From sequence record PP496441.1: a stretch of 64,000 bases of DNA. One strand, written 5' to 3'. Positions 18,910 to 27,964 of the stretch are shown one piece after another. A program made the position numbers and the translations under genes. Position 1 is the stretch's first letter, and each line of letters opens with the position of its first letter. The notes below the pieces were generated by a model, which saw only the letters and a list, made by a program, of their open reading frames with translations, searched no databases and was not told the DNA's origin.

Positions 18910-20388
18910 ATGAAATCTGTAGCCGTTGACTACCAAAAGATAGCCAAGGAATGCCAGTGCACCGAGCTGCCTTCCAAGGTAAGAGTTACTCGTGCACGGG
19001 TCTATCCAAACTTGAGGACGTGCCTACTCTTCCTCAAGTACGATGCCAAAGGTGAACTGGTACAAGCCGAGATCACTGCGCCGTACGACACGTCCACCGA
19101 GCCAAAGGTGAGGGTGCTCAAGCACCCGGACAAGAAGTCCGACTTCCTTTCATTATACAGGGCGCTGATCCGCCACCAGATCATACCCGAGTCTATTCCG
19201 AAGAAAGGTAACGGGATTGCACCAACGCTGGAGGTCATCGGCACACTGGTGAGCCTGCTGCCGGAACGGGATGTCGAAACCTTCCGTACGCTGACCCCGG
19301 CCATCCAGACTGGCAGCGTCATGTACGTCCCGCTGGTCACGTCCCGGCCAATGCCCATGGTGCAACACTGGATACCTGTTGACCAGCATTCAGAGCTGGG
19401 CATGATCGAGCTAGTCGATACGGATAGCAAGCCTTTCCTTAATCAGTGGGTCAACAGGTTGAGCAACACCGCCACTGGTTATGTGATCTACACCCCCGAA
19501 GGCTCACACGGTCAGGAACTAGCCTGCTTCCGGGTGCCCAATGTGCAAGGGGAGGAACTGTGTGTGGTCAAGAAGGTTGACTTCACCCTGACTGTTGCTC
19601 GCACGCTCAAGCCGGTACTGACTGTATCCACCAAGAGTACTCGGGCAGTGTCCCGCATTCCCCTACCCCACTATCTGATGCTACGCAATCACCACATCAA
19701 GGTGGGCACGGTTATTTCCCTGCGTCGTAACGACCGAGGTGGGTTGGTGTACCATGAGACGGTGGCCGAGGAAGGCATGACACCCCTCCCACTGTGCCCG
19801 CACTGCCACAGTGGGTCTGTGCTGCGAGGTAGTAGCAATGACGTGTACTGCAATAACGATTCATGCCGAGGCCTAGCCATTGTGCGACTTCGCTACATCT
19901 TGAACAACAAGCTGGACGTCAAGTACCTGAGCGACAATAAGGTAACGGCGCTGATCAATGACAAGCAGGACCTGTTCAGCTTGCTTAAGACCCCGACGCA
20001 CCAGTTACGGCACAGACCTGGCTTTGGTGCACGTACCGTGGACGCACTGGAGGAGAAGCTTAACACTATTGCCGGTCTTCCACTGCACACACTGGCCGAG
20101 ATGTCCTGCGCTTTCTACAACGTGGGCGTGCCCCCACTGGATGAGATGGTGTTCAAGAAGATCTTTTCCGTTATGTCGCTTGACTACCTGAAAGCGCTGC
20201 CGTCTACCGGCAAGATGTACAGTCAGCTGCTCGACATCGAAGGTATCCGCAACAACCGCGCAGTGGCTTTCCTTGCTGGCTGGCCTGCATTTCAACAGTG
20301 GATGATAGACCTGAACGCTGCCCTACAGTCTCGCATCGCAATCTCCTCCACGGTAAATAACCCGAAACAAATTCGAGGTGTGAAATGA
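18910..20388 (+). CDS. degenerate NAD-dependent DNA ligase-like protein (OB + Zn finger + HhH)
   Basis: TVARTLKPV...HIKVGTVISL (LigA OB-like), CPHC..YCNNDSC Zn finger, PGFGARTVDAL HhH; no KxDG adenylation motif seen. Confidence 0.6.
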   Translation: MKSVAVDYQKIAKECQCTELPSKVRVTRARVYPNLRTCLLFLKYDAKGELVQAEITAPYDTSTEPKVRVLKHPDKKSDFLSLYRALIRHQIIPESIPKKGNGIAPTLEVIGTLVSLLPERDVETFRTLTPAIQTGSVMYVPLVTSRPMPMVQHWIPVDQHSELGMIELVDTDSKPFLNQWVNRLSNTATGYVIYTPEGSHGQELACFRVPNVQGEELCVVKKVDFTLTVARTLKPVLTVSTKSTRAVSRIPLPHYLMLRNHHIKVGTVISLRRNDRGGLVYHETVAEEGMTPLPLCPHCHSGSVLRGSSNDVYCNNDSCRGLAIVRLRYILNNKLDVKYLSDNKVTALINDKQDLFSLLKTPTHQLRHRPGFGARTVDALEEKLNTIAGLPLHTLAEMSCAFYNVGVPPLDEMVFKKIFSVMSLDYLKALPSTGKMYSQLLDIEGIRNNRAVAFLAGWPAFQQWMIDLNAALQSRIAISSTVNNPKQIRGVK

Positions 20389-21149
20389 ACAATCAAAACA
20401 GAACTCGTATCGCTGTGCTTGTCGGCGGCGGTCTGGACTCACATGCGTACATGGTATTGAAAGCCGACCAGCCTCAGACAGACTTCATTCATGTGGACTA
20501 CGGCCAGCGGGTTGCAGTAGCCGAGAGAAACGCCGTGTTGCAAATGGCTGAGAAGCTGGGCATTGCCCGCAGCCGGGTGTACACGCTGATCTGCAACAAG
20601 AAGAATCACATGCGCAAGGTCAATGACGGTGTGGGTGTGTTGTTTGGCACCGGCCCGGTCGAGATGGACAATGCGTTTGTTAAGGGACGTAACCTGTTCC
20701 TGATTCAGAAGGCCATCGAGCTGGGCTACGGTCACGTGCACTTGACGCTGACCCAAGAGCGTGGCCGGATGTTCCCCGATGCCGATCTGGCATTCGTCCA
20801 GCTGGTTGACAACCTGATGCACCGCAGTTATGACGTGAGGGTATCCGCCCCCTACATCATGGAAGACAAGCATCGGGTGATGTTCAAGGCGTATCGGCAT
20901 TGCCCCGAGTTCCTCGATATGTCTTTCACGTGCTGGGTAGGTCCTTATGTGGAATGTGGCACGTGCCCGCACTGCGTCAAGAAGGAAAAGATTCGAGCCG
21001 AGATGATCGTTGAGAAGATTGAATACGATCTCAGCAAGGATGAACGTGAGGCGCAGTGGGAGCAAGTCAAGGCAGGCTACGGCGACGCGTTGAAGCCCGC
21101 TGAGACCATCAACATGAACATTCAGGTTGTTGACGGAGGACTGAAATGA
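20385..21149 (+). CDS. queC: 7-cyano-7-deazaguanine synthase-like PP-loop ATPase (QueC paralog 1)
   Basis: VGGGLDS, DYGQR..AERNA, FVKGRN, FPDAD, TCW..CGTCPHC Zn site. Confidence 0.85.
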   Translation: MNNQNRTRIAVLVGGGLDSHAYMVLKADQPQTDFIHVDYGQRVAVAERNAVLQMAEKLGIARSRVYTLICNKKNHMRKVNDGVGVLFGTGPVEMDNAFVKGRNLFLIQKAIELGYGHVHLTLTQERGRMFPDADLAFVQLVDNLMHRSYDVRVSAPYIMEDKHRVMFKAYRHCPEFLDMSFTCWVGPYVECGTCPHCVKKEKIRAEMIVEKIEYDLSKDEREAQWEQVKAGYGDALKPAETINMNIQVVDGGLK

Positions 21150-21856
21150 ACAAGTTCTTAGGTTGGTTCAAGCGTCTGCTGGATAAGAAGCACAAGTCGA
21201 TCACGATGACGTTGACCGACGCCGAAGGTAAGTTGGTCACCATCCACATACCGCAAGGTGCGGGTGTCGAATACACGCTCTCGAAGTCGGGCACCCACTT
21301 GAACGTCTCAGTTAAAGACGACGTCTTCATGTTGCGCACGAATGGCGCTGGAGGCGGTGGCAGTGGAAGTTCCAAGCCCGGTCTCAACGGTGGCCCCGGC
21401 CATACACCTATCCCCCGGTCCCCAAGCTTCACGGGCGCTGGTACGCCGAACTACGGTCACGCAGGCGACCCGCCTGTTGGTGCTCAAGCTTCGTTCCCTA
21501 TCGGCGCCCGAGCAACTGTTTCTGGTGGTGGGCGCGTTGGTGGCCTGTCAGGTGGAAGCGCAAACGGCACAATGGCTGGTGGTGGAGATGGCTTCGTTCC
21601 CTCTCCAATCCGTAGCTCTGATCGAGCTTACCTGATTAGAGGTTTGTATTACGTCATCACGACGAAGAAGATAACGGGAGAGCAATACCCGATCCATGAG
21701 CTTCTGCATTGGGGTAAGAAGTCAATCGAACTCATGGGCAAGTTCTCCACCGTCCGAGACGCTATCGACGAACTCAAATTGAAGACGGGTATCCCATTCG
21801 AAGACCTGACGGACTATCAGGTTGATTCCCTTCCCAAACGACTGTGCAAGCCTTGA
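21146..21856 (+). CDS. hypothetical protein with Gly/Pro/Ser-rich central linker
   Basis: 236 aa between the two queC-like genes. Confidence 0.7.
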   Translation: MNKFLGWFKRLLDKKHKSITMTLTDAEGKLVTIHIPQGAGVEYTLSKSGTHLNVSVKDDVFMLRTNGAGGGGSGSSKPGLNGGPGHTPIPRSPSFTGAGTPNYGHAGDPPVGAQASFPIGARATVSGGGRVGGLSGGSANGTMAGGGDGFVPSPIRSSDRAYLIRGLYYVITTKKITGEQYPIHELLHWGKKSIELMGKFSTVRDAIDELKLKTGIPFEDLTDYQVDSLPKRLCKP

Positions 21857-21894
21857 TCGGGTAAATGGCCCGTAACTAATCCGGAGACACCAGC

Positions 21895-22713
21895 ATGACC
21901 ACTGCGCCCCCAAAGATTATCGTTGCATTCAGCGCCGGTACAGATTCAACTACAGCGGCCTACTACTATCGCAAGCTCGGCTATCAGGTAACGCTGGCCG
22001 TGTTCGATGACGGCGCATGCAACGATCCACTTGACCCTCTGTACGATCCGAACAAGCCGAAGGACTTGACCAACTTCTCGGATGAGTTCTACGATTACGT
22101 ACGGATTCACCAAGAGCACACGGAAGGCCATCTTCAGTTCGACTTCGTGGAGATTCGTTATCCGCAACTCGCATTGCTGGAAGCCAACAAGACAGCCAAG
22201 CCCGGTCGGGACAATGCAGCAGCAGCAGAGGCTGACGGCTTGGGCTTCTGGGTCGGCTTCAAGGGCCTGATGGCAATGTTGCTGATGAGCCACGGCGCCG
22301 CCAATGGTTACGAGGCAGTAGTCTTCGGCCACATGCCGTACAACAACCATTACGAAGATGAGCTGCCCCAGAACTTCGAGCTGCTGCGTCAGTACATGGT
22401 TACGGCCTATGGCAGCCGAGTGGAAATTCCTCAGATCTACCACCCGTTCTATCGACCTAATTTCGATACCAAGGAAAAGGTTATTGAGCTGGCGCAGGCA
22501 ATCGGCGTGCCCTTGCGAGATACCTATTCGTGTCGCCGAGGTGAAGTAGAAACCCGAGGTATCCTCCTGCCACTTCTGCGTGGCGGTAACTCCAACTACG
22601 TGAGCCCCACCTACCGTTGGAAGCATTGTGGTACGTGTGAGAACTGTGTCGAACGCAAGCGAGCCTTCGCGGCGCTGGGCATGAAAGATCCTGCCCCTTA
22701 TATGGAACATTGA
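21895..22713 (+). CDS. queC: QueC-like PP-loop ATPase (paralog 2, divergent)
   Basis: FSAGTDS, TKEKVIELAQAIGVPLRDTYSC, CGTCENCVERKRAF. Confidence 0.75.
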   Translation: MTTAPPKIIVAFSAGTDSTTAAYYYRKLGYQVTLAVFDDGACNDPLDPLYDPNKPKDLTNFSDEFYDYVRIHQEHTEGHLQFDFVEIRYPQLALLEANKTAKPGRDNAAAAEADGLGFWVGFKGLMAMLLMSHGAANGYEAVVFGHMPYNNHYEDELPQNFELLRQYMVTAYGSRVEIPQIYHPFYRPNFDTKEKVIELAQAIGVPLRDTYSCRRGEVETRGILLPLLRGGNSNYVSPTYRWKHCGTCENCVERKRAFAALGMKDPAPYMEH

Positions 22714-22714
22714 T

Positions 22715-23731
22715 ATGGCCCTTTCAATCTGGCCGCTGACCGAAGGTGAACTCGGTCAGGGCCTCGTCAACGAACTGAATCGTACCAGCAAGGCGCTGGT
22801 GAACCGGAGTATGTGGTCTTTGCCATTGCTCCGGCGGTTGTTTTATCGGCGCACCGAGATTGGTGTCCCGGAGCTACTCCACGTCTGTACCAGCATTCAT
22901 CGGGGCAAGACTTACTTCTGCCTGTTGGTGAACTTCCGAGACGTGGTGATGGGCAACCCCGAGCAATACGGATGGGACCTAGCTGGCCGGTGGTTGTTCT
23001 ACGATGTGGATCTGCTGGATACCCCGGAATTTAAACAGGTAAACGCGGCTATTCGTAAGGTGGCTACGGTCAACACGGTTACCTACGGTCAAGCATTCGT
23101 TCCGGATGAAGGTGGTATGGGGGAGGAGCACTGGATCAAGAAACTGAAAGGTAACTACCGCCCCCACATCTTCGGCGAAAAGTCAAAACAGGTTATCGTC
23201 AGTCAGACCTGCGGACACGCGGCTACTCACGTGCTGACCGAGGCAGTGATGTCATTCGGTATCCAGCGCGCTGAGAGATTTCTCGCGGAAGGTCAGTCGG
23301 ATGTCATGCCGGAGTTGTATGACCTACCCATGCAGCTAGCCGGTCTAGGCTCGATCCCCGGAACCCGGATTGGCACCGTGTCGCTCACCTGCCGGGATAC
23401 CCATGCGCTGATCGGTACCCTGTCGTTCTACGTTGTGGCGGGCTTGGGTCACAGTGATATCTTGTATATGCACGAGATGCTGATTGATCCGGATCCGAAG
23501 TGGAAGCATCTATCGGTGGCCGTCAACTTGCACATTCAGGCAATCATGTATGTGCGCTATCTAAACAACCGATCTGATCGGGCTTCGGACTTGGTTATCA
23601 ACCTCGGATTCAACTTGGACGAGAAGTACAACACATACAAAGAGGTGTTCCGTCCGAACAAGTCCGAAATGGAAATCTATACCGGCATGCACACCGAGCC
23701 AGGCGTCCCACTGTCCTGTTTCAAGGGGTAA
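22715..23731 (+). CDS. Fem/ATE1/Bpt-like GNAT-fold transferase 1
   Basis: C-terminal IDPDPKWKHLSVA...INLGFNLDEKYNTYKEVFRP resembles the YLGY..YK..FRP end of aa-tRNA transferases. Confidence 0.5.
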   Translation: MALSIWPLTEGELGQGLVNELNRTSKALVNRSMWSLPLLRRLFYRRTEIGVPELLHVCTSIHRGKTYFCLLVNFRDVVMGNPEQYGWDLAGRWLFYDVDLLDTPEFKQVNAAIRKVATVNTVTYGQAFVPDEGGMGEEHWIKKLKGNYRPHIFGEKSKQVIVSQTCGHAATHVLTEAVMSFGIQRAERFLAEGQSDVMPELYDLPMQLAGLGSIPGTRIGTVSLTCRDTHALIGTLSFYVVAGLGHSDILYMHEMLIDPDPKWKHLSVAVNLHIQAIMYVRYLNNRSDRASDLVINLGFNLDEKYNTYKEVFRPNKSEMEIYTGMHTEPGVPLSCFKG

Positions 23732-23734
23732 GAC

Positions 23735-24736
23735 ATGTACACTCCGTATTCCCAAAACAGTCTGATGCAATCGATCCCGCTGGATGACCAAGGTACATTC
23801 GCCCATCCACCGTACACGATGGAAGGAGAGTTCACCGACGTGTGGACGAATCCAAACCTATATGGATTCGTCAGCCTGTTGAACGGCCAGAGCAATAGCC
23901 GGGCATATCGAGACTGGATGACCACCCACAATCTTCCAGCCCTGTTCCTCGGTCCGCACCATGAAGACAACTTCTGGTTTGAATTCAGCACTGGTCTCGA
24001 TTCCAACTGCACGCTGGATTACAACGAGATCAACGTCCAAGGCAACCTGCAGGACTTCCTTGGGAGATTGACGTCATCTCGCCGTCGCTCCGTGCTCAAG
24101 GCAAAGGAAACGGATACAATGATCCACAAGGCAGGCTCGGTAGCCAACTTCAACCTGTATCATCCGGTGGAGGGTAGGCTGTATAGTCTGACCGTGATTC
24201 ACGAACGCCGGGTGATGAAAGATATTTCCGAGTTTATCGAATCGAAACTCTGGAGTATGAAGCATACGCCTACTGACCTCACGTACGGTGCATTCACCAC
24301 TCTGATGGACTACATCCGGTTGAAGCAGCGAGATGACACGCCGCTGGGCCACCGGTTGCGCAACGTACAGCTCTTGGTCATTCGAGATGAACGCTCCGGG
24401 TTTATCGTGTCAGTTCATCTGGTGGCGATCAACACGTTGAAAGATGATTCCATGAACCCCACCAAGACGTACATGCACTCCTTCGCACGCATCACTGTTC
24501 TCCCTGCACGTATCGCCTTACTTGCGTTGATCAAGGCGGTTCAAGAGTTAAACGTCACCAGTCAGTACGCGTCCCGTGCACTGGCGAAGATCGACTATCT
24601 TGATGTGAGCAACGTGGTGCTGTCCGAGCGAGAGCAGTACAAGTCGGACTTCTTAACCGGCAAATGCCAAGTGCGTGCGTGGGCGTCCCCGGCGCTGCTG
24701 GAACGGCAGTTACCTTTCGTTACGCCGATCCCGTAA
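23735..24736 (+). CDS. Fem/Acetyltransf_6-like GNAT-fold transferase 2
   Basis: LQDFLGRLTSSRRRSVLKA helix and terminal YLD..EQYKSDF. Confidence 0.5.
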   Translation: MYTPYSQNSLMQSIPLDDQGTFAHPPYTMEGEFTDVWTNPNLYGFVSLLNGQSNSRAYRDWMTTHNLPALFLGPHHEDNFWFEFSTGLDSNCTLDYNEINVQGNLQDFLGRLTSSRRRSVLKAKETDTMIHKAGSVANFNLYHPVEGRLYSLTVIHERRVMKDISEFIESKLWSMKHTPTDLTYGAFTTLMDYIRLKQRDDTPLGHRLRNVQLLVIRDERSGFIVSVHLVAINTLKDDSMNPTKTYMHSFARITVLPARIALLALIKAVQELNVTSQYASRALAKIDYLDVSNVVLSEREQYKSDFLTGKCQVRAWASPALLERQLPFVTPIP

Positions 24737-24790
24737 CTCTGTAAATGATGGGAACAGCCCCACCATCACTTCATCTCTAGGGTAGTTCCC

Positions 24791-25843
24791 ATGCAAGACT
24801 TCGATAAGATCATGATCGACAGTAGTTTGACATCAAATCTGGTGTACGCAGGCTTGGGTAGCTTGATCACACCCCGTGCACTTGACCTGCTGATCGAACA
24901 TCAGGCTGCACTGGAAAACGTATACGCCAATCTGGAAACAGCGTATCAGATTACCCCACCCTTCCCCTGTGAAGCTGCATTCAATTCCCCTGACAAAGAT
25001 CCTGTGCTGGTCGCCGACTATCTGAATGCTACTCCCGCCATCCGTTGCGGAGAGCTGGCTGGATTCGAGGCAAAGCCCGGCAGTTACTACCACGCCCCCG
25101 CTGCTGGCATCTGCCCGGAACATCGCATCGACGTACGAGGTATGTCTTTGCGTGAGTTCGATCACTATCTGGTTGAGCGGGCGGAGGTGTCACGGATCAC
25201 TACCAATCTGGTGGCCGACAAGTTCCGCTGTGAGACTCATGTGTACAAAGTGGATGAAGATCATATCCTGATCCATGACGCCGAACGAGTTGGGATCAGC
25301 CAGACGGACTTCCGCCGCATGTGGGCGCAGACCCGCCGCCGGGAAATCGCTGATAATTATCTGCAGCACATGCCCATCGAAGACTCCGCCAAGGATGATC
25401 AGGTGGTGCGACTGATCAACGAAGACGTAGCACGGGTGTTCGCCCAGAACGTCGACTACGACCGCATGATTCCGCCCGAGCTGATCTTCGATGGTCAGGG
25501 CAAGCCGGTGCTGACCGTGCTGAAAGATTGCAACGCCAAGGTATTGGGCATTGGTGTGTACGTCATCTACAAGTCAGCTGACCCAGAGCATGACAGCGAA
25601 CTGCACTGGCGTGGCGCTTTCTACGATCACGAAGATCCGCGTACTGCATCCATGGGCATTGAACACGCTCTGGTTGCCAGCGCACTGCACACAGCGTACG
25701 CCTGCAACGCAGTTCTCTATCTGACCAAGGCACCGAAGTCCGTGTGTGACGCATGGAAGACGGAAGTGCACCAAGGTTACGGGCTGGTCCGTAATGCGAT
25801 GCCGGAACTGTCTGACACCCCTTACATTCTGGCTATCCAGTAA
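24791..25843 (+). CDS. Fem/ATE1-like GNAT-fold transferase 3
   Basis: VLGIGVY...AFYDHEDPRTASMGIEHAL...LYL resembles ATE/Bpt FYDP..SLG. Confidence 0.45.
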   Translation: MQDFDKIMIDSSLTSNLVYAGLGSLITPRALDLLIEHQAALENVYANLETAYQITPPFPCEAAFNSPDKDPVLVADYLNATPAIRCGELAGFEAKPGSYYHAPAAGICPEHRIDVRGMSLREFDHYLVERAEVSRITTNLVADKFRCETHVYKVDEDHILIHDAERVGISQTDFRRMWAQTRRREIADNYLQHMPIEDSAKDDQVVRLINEDVARVFAQNVDYDRMIPPELIFDGQGKPVLTVLKDCNAKVLGIGVYVIYKSADPEHDSELHWRGAFYDHEDPRTASMGIEHALVASALHTAYACNAVLYLTKAPKSVCDAWKTEVHQGYGLVRNAMPELSDTPYILAIQ

Positions 25844-25876
25844 ATAGCCGGTAACTCCATCCATTGAGGTACTTCC

Positions 25877-27961
25877 ATGAAATCCGTGAACCCCATCTTC
25901 AAGCACGTTCCCCAGTTCGACTGGCCTGTCATCCCTCGTGCACAGTGGGAAGAGATCATCAAGGGAAAAGAGCATGTGATGTTCGACTCCTTCTCGCAGC
26001 TCGCTCAAGTGTTGGCTATCCCGGTGAGCAGTTACCAGTTCTACTTCGAAGATGGGTCCACGTTGTTCGCCGGTCCCGAAGCAACCTTCACCGCCGCGCC
26101 GTACCCGCTGTATCAGGACCTTGAATTCGTCCTGACCCCTGACGAGACGTTGGTGCCGGGTCTTGCACTGGATACCAAACCGTGGGGCCTGTACACCGAC
26201 GAATGGGTGGACAACTACGAAGGTGCGGACAAGGAAGACATCGGCAACAAGACCGGGTTCGAATTCATTCCGCTGTCGGACGCCTTGAAACTGGTGGTCC
26301 TCAACACGGAGACCATGCAGCTCCAGTACACTGCCATCGAGAGCTTCACGTACGACGGCGTGACTTACGTATACCTGCTGGCCGATGGCGTGTGCTGGGT
26401 ACTGGCGGGCAAGTCCGGTGGTCTGGTTGCCAGCGAGCATGACAAAGGTGCTGCGTTCATCATGGTGTCCCATCCCGAGTTCGCCGGGTGCAGCGTAGAC
26501 AACATGTATCCAAGTGAGTTCGGTGAAGCGGAAGCGACGTTCTACGTTCAAGACGAGGAACACAATTACCTGGACGCGGCTAACCGCATCTTCGAGGAAG
26601 CCAAGGACGTAGGCGCTGGCACGTTCCTGACCATTGAGACCGGTGATGGATTGCCGACCGCGCTGGCGTACAACCTGCGGTACAGTGATGTGGCCCACGT
26701 TAACCTGCCGATGCACAACATCCACCAGTTCACTTCTCTGCACGTACGACTGGGTGAGACTCCTAACTTTTCCGAGGCCCCGGAAGCGTGCCGCATGAAA
26801 GAGGTGATGGAGTATCTGGCGGACCCTGAGTCCCCGGTAGATCATTACTGGTCGGCCATCATGGTACTGGAGAAGAACTTCCCCGGTTTCGCCGACGCCC
26901 TGAAAGACTCCAGTGTCCCGACCCGTGACATCGTGCACTCCAAACAGGCGTTCAGCTTGGAGATCGATCGCCAGTTCGGCAAGGAAGTGGCAAGCAAGAT
27001 CGGCCTGAACACTGGCGTATTCGCCCAAGTGAAAGACCGTGATGAGTGGCTGACCCGTCAAGACGATTTTCCTACCGACAAGGTGGCCGTCAAGTACAAC
27101 ACCAAACACTTCATCGGCATCTTCGACAAGGACGAGGTATCGAATTCCATCAACATGTGGCTGGCCGGTCAACCCGGAGAGTCGCTGATGATCGAAGAGT
27201 ACTTCGGTGAGGGCAATCAGGAATTCAACCTGTGCTATGTGATCAACGAAGAGTTTGTGCAGCCGACGCTGTTCCTGTGCGAAGTCAACAAGATCCTCGG
27301 TAATGACACCGGCGGCAAAGGTGGCAACACGCTGGCCTGCCATGATGCTCGTATTAACAAGTACCCTGAGTTCTTCGAGCCGGTAAATAATGCGCTTGCT
27401 AACCTGCATGAGCACGTGGAAGGTGTGAAGGGCTGGGTTGACCTGAGCTTCATGGTCCGCGACGGCATCCCTTACTTCACAGAGTGGTGCATTCGCATCG
27501 GCTGCTCCAACAACGCCACCATCGTGCGCCAGATGGAGACCCCTCTCGACGTTCTTTTGACTAACGTGGTTAACAAGGTGCATACCGAGCTGTCTTGGAA
27601 GCACTCCATGTCTGTTAGCGTGGACATCTACAGCATGCCGCTGTCCGCAGGCAATGATGCCAACATGCAGTTCACCGACTCGCTGACCACTCCGGTAGAG
27701 ATGGTGTCCCCACTCAATCTGGAATTGGCAGCGGAGAGTTTCTTCGACCCGATTGATTCGGCCTGGAACGCGGTGTACGACGGCTACATTGTCGAGGCGT
27801 ACAACCGATATGGCACCGTCTCGGGGTATTCCACCAACTGGAACTTCGCCTGCAATGCGGCGTACAATCACTTGAAAGATCAGTCGGTGTTGTACGGGGC
27901 ATACCGCGAAGCGCCTGCCCACCACGACCCACTGACTCTGTTCCCTTTCCTCAAGGCGTAA
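25877..27961 (+). CDS. PurD-like ATP-grasp amide ligase with ~250-aa extra N-terminal domain
   Basis: LEIDRQFGKEVASKIGL, VAVK, MIEEYFGEGNQEF, NKILGNDTGGKGGNT, YFTEWCIRIG parallel PurD motifs. Confidence 0.75.
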   Translation: MKSVNPIFKHVPQFDWPVIPRAQWEEIIKGKEHVMFDSFSQLAQVLAIPVSSYQFYFEDGSTLFAGPEATFTAAPYPLYQDLEFVLTPDETLVPGLALDTKPWGLYTDEWVDNYEGADKEDIGNKTGFEFIPLSDALKLVVLNTETMQLQYTAIESFTYDGVTYVYLLADGVCWVLAGKSGGLVASEHDKGAAFIMVSHPEFAGCSVDNMYPSEFGEAEATFYVQDEEHNYLDAANRIFEEAKDVGAGTFLTIETGDGLPTALAYNLRYSDVAHVNLPMHNIHQFTSLHVRLGETPNFSEAPEACRMKEVMEYLADPESPVDHYWSAIMVLEKNFPGFADALKDSSVPTRDIVHSKQAFSLEIDRQFGKEVASKIGLNTGVFAQVKDRDEWLTRQDDFPTDKVAVKYNTKHFIGIFDKDEVSNSINMWLAGQPGESLMIEEYFGEGNQEFNLCYVINEEFVQPTLFLCEVNKILGNDTGGKGGNTLACHDARINKYPEFFEPVNNALANLHEHVEGVKGWVDLSFMVRDGIPYFTEWCIRIGCSNNATIVRQMETPLDVLLTNVVNKVHTELSWKHSMSVSVDIYSMPLSAGNDANMQFTDSLTTPVEMVSPLNLELAAESFFDPIDSAWNAVYDGYIVEAYNRYGTVSGYSTNWNFACNAAYNHLKDQSVLYGAYREAPAHHDPLTLFPFLKA

Positions 27962-27964
27962 TCC

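Noticed and set aside
25877-27961. calling the ATP-grasp gene a true purD for purine synthesis
   Set aside because: Substrate motifs are divergent, there is an extra domain, and no other pur genes are present.
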